This document shows, piece after piece, positions 7,657 to 14,759 of a stretch of 32,000 nt of DNA. The notes beneath the pieces are model-generated. The model did no database searches and was not told the origin of the DNA. It worked only from the letters and a program-made list of their open reading frames with translations. The position numbers were made by a program, and so were the translations under genes. Every line of letters begins with the position of its first letter. Position 1 is the first letter of the stretch. The stretch comes from Horticoccus luteus (GTDB taxonomy: Bacteria; Verrucomicrobiota; Verrucomicrobiia; Opitutales; Opitutaceae): contig NZ_CP080507.1 in the NCBI RefSeq assembly GCF_019464535.1, positions 2,100,001 to 2,132,000 on the forward strand. Reading direction: 5' to 3'.

Positions 7657-9324
7657 TCAGGCGTTCCACGCGACGGCGGGTTCGACCGCACAACGTTCGT
7701 CGACGACAATGCGCTCCGGCTGCGGGCCCGCGTAAACCCAGATCATCGCCATCGGTGCGGGCGTTTCATTGATGAAATAGTGGATGCGTCCGCGTGGCTG
7801 CAGCGCCGTCGCGAGGTTCTCCATCGAGTAGCGCCGCCCTTCGACGATGCAGGTCGCGCGGCCCGTCACGATGCAGATCGATTCGTCGAAATCATGCAGG
7901 TGCGCCGGCAGCCGTCCGCCCTGCTGAAACAGTCCGTAGCCGCCGCTCATTTCCAGCCCAGGAATCAGGTCGGCGTTGAAGTAGTCGACGAAAGCGGCGT
8001 TCGCGCCCGGCGAGTAGCGCGTCGCACTGCGTTGATACGTCGCACGCTCCCCGCCCGGCTGCGTTTGCGTGATTTCCGACATCGTGCGCCGCGGCAAAAT
8101 GCGATCCACCAGCTCACGCGTCGGGTCGTGCGAAGCCATCGCGATGTGAAAGACCGCCGGCGCGGACCGCGAAAGATTCGACACGCGATGCGCCAGGCCG
8201 CGCGGAATCGTCACGTTGTCGAGCGGACCGACTTCGTAGAGGCGCCCCTCGACGTCCACCAAGGCGCGACCCTGGAGCAACGTCACCGATTCGCCGAACG
8301 TGTGCCGGTGCATCGGCAGCACTGCGCCCGGCGCAAACGTCACGAGTCCGGTGGTGAGGTTGCGGGCGTGGTTGTGCGCGCCGACCATGCAATCGAAGGT
8401 CACGCCTCGCGTGATCTCCAACTGCGGACCGCTCCCGCGCGCGTTCATCACCTCGGCGCGATCGGGCCGCATGTTCGGCGGCGCGCACGCCACCGCCTGC
8501 TCCTTCGCCAGCGCGACCGCATCATTTTCCAACGTAAAGCTGGCGCGGATCTGCCGGTCGCGCCCCTGCGAACCGAGCGCCGCGTGCAAACTGCGCAACA
8601 ACAGTCCCGCGTCGAGTCCCAGGCCGAGCATGCCGAAACCTTGTTCGCGGCGCTCCGTCAGATTCTGTTCGCTGGTCGCGACGACGCCGCAGTGCTTGCC
8701 CGCGCGCCGCAGCGCCGTCCTCGCCTTCGCAATCATCTCGGGCACGCCCGGTCCCTCCCACTTGCCCGGATAACCCGCCGTCGACGACAAGTCGGCCGGC
8801 CCGAAAAAATAGGCCTCCACGCCTTCGACCGCCGCGAGTTGTTCGATGTTTTCCACCGCGCGCACCGTCTCGATGATCGGCACCACGAGCACATTCACAT
8901 CCGCTTCCGCGGCGTGCTCGACGAAACAGTTGCCCCAGCATGTCGCGCGTTCGGCGCCGATGCCGCGCACGCCACCCGGCGGATACGTCGCCGCCGCCAC
9001 CGCCGCTTCGAGTTGCGCGACGGTTTCGATCCACGGAAGGACCACGCCATCGGCACCGACATCGAGTGCGCGTTTGATGAGCGCGGGAGAATTTTCGGCG
9101 AGCCGCACAAGCACCACCGTTTCGCTGCGCACCGCCGCGCGCACGTGTTCGACGATCTCCTTCCAATCGAGATGCCCGTGTTCCGCGTCGATCGTCACCC
9201 AATCGAGGCCGAGCGCGACCGCCATTTCACAAATGCTGGGCGACTCCAACGTGATCCACAGGCCGTAAACCGGCTGGGAGGAACGCAACTTGGCACGCAG
9301 GCGTTGGAGGGCGGGGACTTTCAT
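7657..9324 (-). CDS. Fusion protein: HpcH/HpaI-family (2-keto-3-deoxy-sugar-acid) aldolase N-domain plus C-terminal bicupin
   Basis: The ATG at 9324 gives MKVPALQRLRAKLRSSQPVYGLWI...VTIDAEHGH...VRL...VVLPWIET...IIETV...FFGPADLS, the HpcH/HpaI pattern. Two cupin HxH...E metal motifs follow (PMHRHTFGE and PAHLHDFDE). 555 aa. Confidence 0.8.
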   Translation of the reverse strand: MKVPALQRLRAKLRSSQPVYGLWITLESPSICEMAVALGLDWVTIDAEHGHLDWKEIVEHVRAAVRSETVVLVRLAENSPALIKRALDVGADGVVLPWIETVAQLEAAVAAATYPPGGVRGIGAERATCWGNCFVEHAAEADVNVLVVPIIETVRAVENIEQLAAVEGVEAYFFGPADLSSTAGYPGKWEGPGVPEMIAKARTALRRAGKHCGVVATSEQNLTERREQGFGMLGLGLDAGLLLRSLHAALGSQGRDRQIRASFTLENDAVALAKEQAVACAPPNMRPDRAEVMNARGSGPQLEITRGVTFDCMVGAHNHARNLTTGLVTFAPGAVLPMHRHTFGESVTLLQGRALVDVEGRLYEVGPLDNVTIPRGLAHRVSNLSRSAPAVFHIAMASHDPTRELVDRILPRRTMSEITQTQPGGERATYQRSATRYSPGANAAFVDYFNADLIPGLEMSGGYGLFQQGGRLPAHLHDFDESICIVTGRATCIVEGRRYSMENLATALQPRGRIHYFINETPAPMAMIWVYAGPQPERIVVDERCAVEPAVAWNA

Positions 9325-9445
9325 GCAAGCGGAGGCGCAGCGGGCGCCTGAGCGGTGAAGGGGATGCGCCGACAATAGCGGGTTGCCACGTTTGCGCCCA
9401 TGCACAGTCTGAGCGTTCTCTTGCGTTTTTTGAGCGGCCCCCACC
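9325..9445. promoter_or_regulatory. Divergent intergenic control region between the AraC regulator and the BMC/sugar-acid operon
   Basis: A 121-nt gap between divergently oriented starts at 9324 (-) and 9446 (+), the classic AraC-family regulator/target arrangement. No individual boxes were assigned. Confidence 0.4.
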
Positions 9446-10354
9446 ATGAGCGACGCCCCGAAAAGTTTCTATCGTTACCTGCTCGCCGACTCGAAAGACC
9501 GCGACTGGGGCATCTACGCCACGTCCGCCGGCTACGTTGATATCGCGCCCGGCGCGCCCTACCCGCCGGCCGGCCATCCCAAGCGCTACACGTTCCAATG
9601 GGCCAATGGCCGCGAGCTCGATGAGGTGCAGCTCCACTTCATCACGCGCGGCAGCGGCGTGCTCGAAACGGGCCGGGCCGCCCCGCGCCAGCAGACGATC
9701 GCCCCCGGCCAGGCGTTCATGCTCTTTCCCCACGTCTGGCACCGCTACGCTCCGCGAATGGAAACCGGCTGGTTCGAATACTGGCTCGGCTTGAAAGGCG
9801 ACTACGTTGAACGGCTGCTGGAACGGACGTTTTTCACGCCCGACGAACCGGTCTTTGCTCCGGCGAACACCGATCCTTTGCTCCGCCTGTTCTCTGAAGT
9901 GGTGGCGTGTCTCCGCCGTCATCCCGAAGGGACCTCGCGCATCCTTGGCTCGCTCGCGAGCCTCATCCTGGCGGAACTTCACGTGGGCACCACGACCTCG
10001 CCCGCTGGCGAAAATCGCACCGAGCAACTCGTCCACGAGGCCAAAGGCATGCTGGCGCAGCACTTGGAATTGGAACTCGACCTCGAACTCCTCGCGGGAA
10101 AATTACGCGTCGGCTACCACTGGTTGCGACGCGCCTTCAAACAAGAGACTGGGCAATCGCTGCATCAATATCGCCTGCAACTGCGGATGAACCGGGCGAA
10201 GTTTCTGCTGAAGAAGTCGGATATCACGATCGAGCAGATCGCGCTGCAAACCGGTTTCGAGAGCCCGTATTACTTCTCGCAAATCTTCAAGCGCAAGACC
10301 GGCTGCTCCCCCCGCGACTGGCGCCGCGAAGATGTGCCCATCATCGCGCACTAG
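9446..10354 (+). CDS. AraC-family transcriptional regulator (cupin-like sensor domain plus C-terminal HTH)
   Basis: 302 aa. The C-terminus IEQIALQTGFESPYYFSQIFKRKTGCSPRDWR is the canonical AraC HTH_18 signature. The N-terminal half is cupin-like. Confidence 0.9.
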   Translation: MSDAPKSFYRYLLADSKDRDWGIYATSAGYVDIAPGAPYPPAGHPKRYTFQWANGRELDEVQLHFITRGSGVLETGRAAPRQQTIAPGQAFMLFPHVWHRYAPRMETGWFEYWLGLKGDYVERLLERTFFTPDEPVFAPANTDPLLRLFSEVVACLRRHPEGTSRILGSLASLILAELHVGTTTSPAGENRTEQLVHEAKGMLAQHLELELDLELLAGKLRVGYHWLRRAFKQETGQSLHQYRLQLRMNRAKFLLKKSDITIEQIALQTGFESPYYFSQIFKRKTGCSPRDWRREDVPIIAH

Positions 10355-10472
10355 TTTCGGCCGGCAAAGGCCTGGTCCTGCCCACCTATGAGAATGGCGC
10401 CCTCACGGGGTTTCGACTTGCCTCGCATCATAGATGGCAAATTTAGCAACGTTAAGGTTTGTAAAGCCTCGT

Positions 10473-10490
10473 TTGTTCCCTTTTGTTCCC
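10473..10490 (+). repeat. Tandem direct repeat TTGTTCCC (2 copies, 10-nt phase) immediately upstream of the integrase start
   Basis: ttgttccc at 10473-10480 and again at 10483-10490. Function unknown. Confidence 0.5.
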
Positions 10491-10493
10491 TGC

Positions 10494-11750
10494 ATGACGA
10501 CGAAGACGAAGCGGCCTCGCGGGCGGGCTCGTTGGCCACAAACCGTGACCGCCGGAAGCGTGAGCGTGAAGATTTACGAGGTGCGGCACTCCACCAACAA
10601 AACCGGCAAGGCCTACGTCTTGGCGTGGCATGGACTTCATGGGCGCATGACGAAGAAATTTGCCGCCTCAGGCGATGCGCTTGCAGAGGCTAGAATCAAA
10701 GTTGCGCAGCTGGCGTCCGGCCGCATCGAAGGCGCCGACATGTCGGTGGGCGATCGCGACGAATTGCAGGCGGCTCGCGAACTCGTGAAGGACGTTCCCT
10801 TGCTCACCGCGCTTCAGGAGTGGCTGCGGGCACGCGACATCACCGACGGCAACTTACTCCCTGCCGCGGAAGCCTGGGCGGCGCGCAACGGCACTGCCTA
10901 TCGCCGCGTGAAGGTCAGTGCGGCAGTTAAAGAGTTTCTTACGGCCAAGAGCGCAGCGGGAAAGAATCTCGCGAAAAATCACGCGTCGACGTTCGAGCAA
11001 ATCGTGAACGACCTGGGCGAGCTGTTTCTCGATGCTGTTCCCGCCAAGCAACTCGATGCGTGGCTCGCGAAGTGGGACAATCCGGTTACGCGAAACACCA
11101 AGCGGAAACGTATCGTGAGCCTTTGGCGCTGGGCCCAACGCAAGGGCTATTTACCGCGTGATGCGCGCACGGAGGCCGAAATGACCGATGCAGCCCACGA
11201 GCCGGCGCCGGTGATCGGCATAATTGGCGTGGAGACTTGGACGGCCCTGTTGCGATATTTCGCCGAAAACCATCCCGATCTTCTGCCTGCGTTGGTGCTC
11301 GCGGGCTTTTGCGGTCTGCGCCGCTCAGAAATCCATGCGCAGCGGTGGGAAGATGTCAGCCTCACCCGCAAAAATCTTCGCATCACGAGCGCCAAGCGTG
11401 GCACCCCCGCCCGCCGCATGGTGCCGTTGTGCGATGCGGCCGTGGCGTGGCTCGCTCCCCTCGCTCAGGCAAAGGGATTCGCATGTCCGACCACCGGTGA
11501 CGGCGCGGATGCGACACCCACACTGGCGATGGACGCCATCCGCCGGCTCGCCCGCGAAGCGAAGCTGCCCGACCTCCCGGAAAATTGCTTTCGCCACAGC
11601 TACATCTCCCACCGAGTCGCCGCAACGGGTGACATCGCCCGCGTGTCGCTTGACGCTGGCAACTCGCCTAAGGAGATCAATCGCCACTACCGCGAGCTGG
11701 TCAGTGAGGAAGAAGGAAAAGCTTGGTTTGAGGTAGGGCCAACTGGATGA
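10494..11750 (+). CDS. Tyrosine recombinase / phage-type integrase
   Basis: GLRRSEIHAQRWEDV (catalytic Arg box), CFRHSYISHRVA (the H-x-x-R box) and EINRHYRE (the catalytic Tyr region). The alternative ATG at 10434 would add 20 hydrophobic residues. Confidence 0.9.
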   Translation: MTTKTKRPRGRARWPQTVTAGSVSVKIYEVRHSTNKTGKAYVLAWHGLHGRMTKKFAASGDALAEARIKVAQLASGRIEGADMSVGDRDELQAARELVKDVPLLTALQEWLRARDITDGNLLPAAEAWAARNGTAYRRVKVSAAVKEFLTAKSAAGKNLAKNHASTFEQIVNDLGELFLDAVPAKQLDAWLAKWDNPVTRNTKRKRIVSLWRWAQRKGYLPRDARTEAEMTDAAHEPAPVIGIIGVETWTALLRYFAENHPDLLPALVLAGFCGLRRSEIHAQRWEDVSLTRKNLRITSAKRGTPARRMVPLCDAAVAWLAPLAQAKGFACPTTGDGADATPTLAMDAIRRLAREAKLPDLPENCFRHSYISHRVAATGDIARVSLDAGNSPKEINRHYRELVSEEEGKAWFEVGPTG

Positions 11751-11787
11751 ATTTGGCCACCCGTAGTATATTTTTCACCTGTAGCTC

Positions 11788-11817
11788 TGGACAAAGCTGT
11801 ATTTACCATTATGTAAT
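11788..11817 (+). promoter_or_regulatory. Candidate sigma70-like promoter for the xis-primase-helicase operon
   Basis: TGGACA (11788-11793), a 16-nt spacer, then TATGTA (11810-11815), all within the AT-richest patch of the island. Pattern match only. Confidence 0.25.
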
Positions 11818-11859
11818 GCTCCGTGATAACACACCTCGAAATAAAGAGCAGCAGAATGG

Positions 11860-12060
11860 CTGCGTGAAAAGTTAGGTTACAGGGCGGAGCAACGCTCGGC
11901 CTTTTGGCAGTTCATCAAGGCGAACCAGGTTCCCTACATCCGAACGGGGCGCCGGAAAATACAGTTCAGTGAGCAGGCAGTGCTCGACTGGCTTGACCAG
12001 CGAGACTCCCGCGGTTCCCGCGCCGCGTTGCGGACCAGGAAAGAAGGAGGGCGGTCATGA
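11860..12060 (+). CDS. Excisionase/AlpA-like helix-turn-helix protein with no canonical start codon in frame
   Basis: The frame is open from 11845 to the TGA at 12058-12060. Translation ...WLREKLGYRAEQRSAFWQFIKANQVPYIRTGRRKIQFSEQAVLDWLDQR resembles the Xis/MerR-type HTH (xPYIRxGRRxxxFxxxxVxxWL). The stop overlaps the next gene's ATG (ATGA). The only in-frame early start-like codon is CTG at 11860. Confidence 0.55.
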   Translation: MREKLGYRAEQRSAFWQFIKANQVPYIRTGRRKIQFSEQAVLDWLDQRDSRGSRAALRTRKEGGRS

Positions 12061-12956
12061 GCACCCTCTCTCGTGTGGCGGCTTTTCCACCCTTCCTGCG
12101 CGACATGCTCTCATCGCCGCCGCGGCGCGGTGAGGGCCTACACCGATGGCTCTTCTGCGTAGCTCGGCACCTGCACGTGCACCTGCCCGCAGACGAGATC
12201 GTCAAACTGCTCAAGCAAGTCGCGGCGCACTCCGGCTACAGGCGTGGAGAGATCGAGGAAGCGGTCGAAAGCTCCAAGCGATGCGCCTGGGGCAAACCGC
12301 AACTTCCCGGCACCCTTTATCGTGCTCGTCCCGCGTGGCCTCAGCACGATCCTGTCCGGCGCGCTGAACTCGTAAAATCCGGCGGCGGAGTCGGTGGACT
12401 GCTTGACGCCTCGCCCGTGAATCTGGCGGGCATTAAAGCCGACACTGAGGACCTCATTGACCAGTTAATGCCAGGCAACCGTCTCCTGTGCTGCGGCCAA
12501 TCGCCGCGACTGATCCAGACCAAACCCCGAGAAGAGTGGCGCGGCCAACTCGCACGGCAACAGTTCATCGTGCCCTCGCCTATGCGCGCGACGCATGGGC
12601 TGACGCAGCAGGGGAAGCGGTCGGAGCGTTGTTCGGAAATCGTCGGACCTCGCCAATACATCGTCGTGGAGTTCGACGGTAGTTCAAAAGACGACCAAGC
12701 AACCCTCCATCTGCATCTGGCGTGTCACGCACCTCTGGTGATGGTCGTGGACTCTGGCAACGAAAGCCTGCATGGATGGTTTCACTGCGGAGGGGCGACC
12801 ATAGAGGAAATCTGCCGATTTTTCGCCTACGCGGTGCGGCTCGGGGCAGATCCCGCCACATTCACGGCATGTCAACTCGTGCGAATGCCAGGAGGCACAC
12901 GTGACACCGGTCAACTGCAACGGGTTTTGTTCTTCAACCCGGCTAAAATCCGATGA
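12057..12956 (+). CDS. Archaeo-eukaryotic primase (AEP/PrimPol)-like replication protein
   Basis: 299 aa. Three motifs appear in the AEP motif I/II/III order: YIVVEFDG (acidic motif), VVDSGNESLHGWF (sGxxxxH motif) and GADPATFTACQLVRMPGG (D...R.PG motif). ATGA overlaps occur at both ends. Confidence 0.6.
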   Translation: MSTLSRVAAFPPFLRDMLSSPPRRGEGLHRWLFCVARHLHVHLPADEIVKLLKQVAAHSGYRRGEIEEAVESSKRCAWGKPQLPGTLYRARPAWPQHDPVRRAELVKSGGGVGGLLDASPVNLAGIKADTEDLIDQLMPGNRLLCCGQSPRLIQTKPREEWRGQLARQQFIVPSPMRATHGLTQQGKRSERCSEIVGPRQYIVVEFDGSSKDDQATLHLHLACHAPLVMVVDSGNESLHGWFHCGGATIEEICRFFAYAVRLGADPATFTACQLVRMPGGTRDTGQLQRVLFFNPAKIR

Positions 12957-14302
12957 GCGCCCTCGAACTGACCGCAGAATGGATCCCGGTCGATGACGCT
13001 GCGCTGGGGATCGTGCCTCCACCATCTCCTCCCCTCGCGTTTTTCGACCCACCACGAAACGCCTACTGGTTCCAGAACTCCCGCGGTGGCTGGATTACAC
13101 TGCCAGAAGCTGCGCTCAAGCGACAGCTCCGGCCGTATCTGAGCAACAAAGCAGCCGAGACGGCACGTCTCTCTCCGCTCGACGAGCACATCAACAAGCT
13201 CCAAACCGAGTGCGACGTCGCCTATGCTGGGCCTCTGGCCGGCGCGCCGCCGGGGCTCAGGGAGTATGAGAGCCGGCGGCTCCTGATAACCGAAGGTCCA
13301 CAGATTATCGAGCCGGTGCCGGGTGAGTGGCCGGTGCTCAGTCTCGTGTTGGAAAACCTCCTCGTCGACGAGCGCGGAGATCAGCGGCCATACTTCTACG
13401 GATGGCTGAAAATCGCCCGCGAGTCACTGATCGCTCAGGTTCACCGCCCGGGCCAAGCGCTCGTGTTGGCTGGTCAGCACGACAGCGGCAAATCTCTCGT
13501 TCAGAACTTGATCACACCGCTCTTGGGCGGCCGCGCAGCGAAGCCCTACGGATGGATGACCGGAGCCACCGACTTCAACGCCGAGCTATTCGGCGCCGAG
13601 CATCTCGTGATCGAAGACGAGTTCGCCAGCACGGACATCCGCGCGCGTCGCAACTTCGGCGCCCAGATCAAAAGCGTAACCGTTAACAGTCTTCAGAAAT
13701 GCCATCAGAAGAACCGGACGGCGCTCTCTCTCGAGCCGTTTTGGCGCGTGACAATCACGGTAAACGATGAGCCCGAGAACTTGATGGTGCTACCCCCGTT
13801 CGACGACAGCGTGGCGGATAAAATCATCCTGTTGCGCGCCAACAAGCGTCCCATGCCGATGCCGACCGCCACCTACGAGGAGCGTAAGGCCTTTATGGCA
13901 ACGTTGACGGCAGAGCTGCCGGCGTTCTGCCACTTTCTATCGGCATACGCCATCCCGGCCGAACACGTCTCTCACCGATTCGGCATCACGCACTATCACC
14001 ATCCTGACCTGCTAAACGCGCTCGACGAGCTCGCTCCTGAAACACGACTGCTGCAGCTCTTGGAAACCGCCATCACCGAAAGTTGGACAGGGAGTCAGGC
14101 GCAGTTGGAAGCGCTGCTTACCGGACCGGATGCCGAGACAGCATACGAAGCGCGGCGGCTGTTTTCATTCCCGAACGCCTGCGGGGTCTACTTGGCGCGT
14201 CTGGCGAAGAAACGTCCGGATGCGGTGCGATACCGCCGCACGGGGACAAGTCGGACGTGGACGATCTGGCCGGACCGTGAACCCGCGCAGGGGCCCTACT
14301 GA
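12953..14302 (+). CDS. SF3 (D5/P4-family C-terminal type) P-loop helicase
   Basis: 449 aa. Walker A is LAGQHDSGKS, Walker B is HLVIEDEF, and the motif C-like segment is VTITVNDEP. The layout is typical of phage/plasmid primase-associated SF3 helicases. Confidence 0.8.
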   Translation: MSALELTAEWIPVDDAALGIVPPPSPPLAFFDPPRNAYWFQNSRGGWITLPEAALKRQLRPYLSNKAAETARLSPLDEHINKLQTECDVAYAGPLAGAPPGLREYESRRLLITEGPQIIEPVPGEWPVLSLVLENLLVDERGDQRPYFYGWLKIARESLIAQVHRPGQALVLAGQHDSGKSLVQNLITPLLGGRAAKPYGWMTGATDFNAELFGAEHLVIEDEFASTDIRARRNFGAQIKSVTVNSLQKCHQKNRTALSLEPFWRVTITVNDEPENLMVLPPFDDSVADKIILLRANKRPMPMPTATYEERKAFMATLTAELPAFCHFLSAYAIPAEHVSHRFGITHYHHPDLLNALDELAPETRLLQLLETAITESWTGSQAQLEALLTGPDAETAYEARRLFSFPNACGVYLARLAKKRPDAVRYRRTGTSRTWTIWPDREPAQGPY

Positions 14303-14408
14303 CGGTGACGGGGTGACGGGTGACTGCGGTTTCCTACGGTCAAGGGGACGGAAGGCTGCCTTCCAGCTGATTTTCGTTGCGGCAGAAAACACCCCGTCAC
14401 CCCGTCAT
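14300..14408. repeat. TGACGG(G/GG) repeat cluster forming a perfect 15-bp inverted repeat around a 72-nt spacer
   Basis: Direct copies of TGAC start at 14300, 14306, 14314 and 14321. Two inverted copies (CCCCGTCA) lie at 14392-14407. 14306-14320 (tgacggggtgacggg) is the exact reverse complement of 14393-14407. An inner hairpin ggaagg-ctg-ccttcc sits at 14350-14364. Confidence 0.85.
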
Positions 14409-14470
14409 GCCTGCGGGAAGGCTCAGAATATACGTGCGGGTCCCCTTCTCTAGTCGACTGAAACCGTGTT

Positions 14471-14500
14471 TTCCCCCTCCCCGGGGGGGACAATATTTTT
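14471..14500 (+). terminator. Candidate intrinsic terminator for the plus-strand replication operon
   Basis: A C-rich/G-rich stem ttccccc..(tccccgg)..ggggga is followed by caatattttt (T5 run at 14496-14500). The stem geometry is imperfect. Confidence 0.35.
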
Positions 14501-14759
14501 GAGTTTCAATAGAACCGATCTCCCTCAGCCGAGGAGCCCGGGCCAAGGTCCTAAGATCCTCAAACCCACTCCGCCTGGTGGCATAGTTAACCTACTGTAT
14601 ATGCTACGCTTAGCAAATCCACCAGAAGTAGCTCATGCTGTCGGAGGCAAGCTATCCCAAGTTGTCGCACCGACACGCTACCAGCGGTCACTGCGCCGAG
14701 ACTCTGTTCGCGCAGAGTGCCTTGTGTGAGCGCACAAGACGGCAGCGAAATGTCTTCGA

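Larger units (their letters stand above)
10360..14500 (+). mobile_element. Integration/replication module of an integrative element (integrase, Xis-like, primase-like, SF3 helicase). The right end of the element is not identifiable and may lie beyond this range.
   Basis: Gene content plus a visible GC drop right after the AraC stop. AT-richer patches occur at about 10,380-10,500, 11,750-11,880 and 14,400-14,700. Confidence 0.6.

Noticed and set aside
7780-9351. 523-aa plus-strand ORF antisense to the aldolase-bicupin gene
   Set aside because: The sequence is Arg-rich and non-protein-like, while the opposite strand carries clear HpcH and cupin motifs.
10355-10493. tRNA or tmRNA integration target next to the integrase
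   Set aside because: No acceptor/T-arm-like structure or GTTCRANYC-type T-loop could be found by eye. The GTTCGCG-containing hairpin at about 14,700-14,722 has a 6-nt loop and no adjoining acceptor stem.
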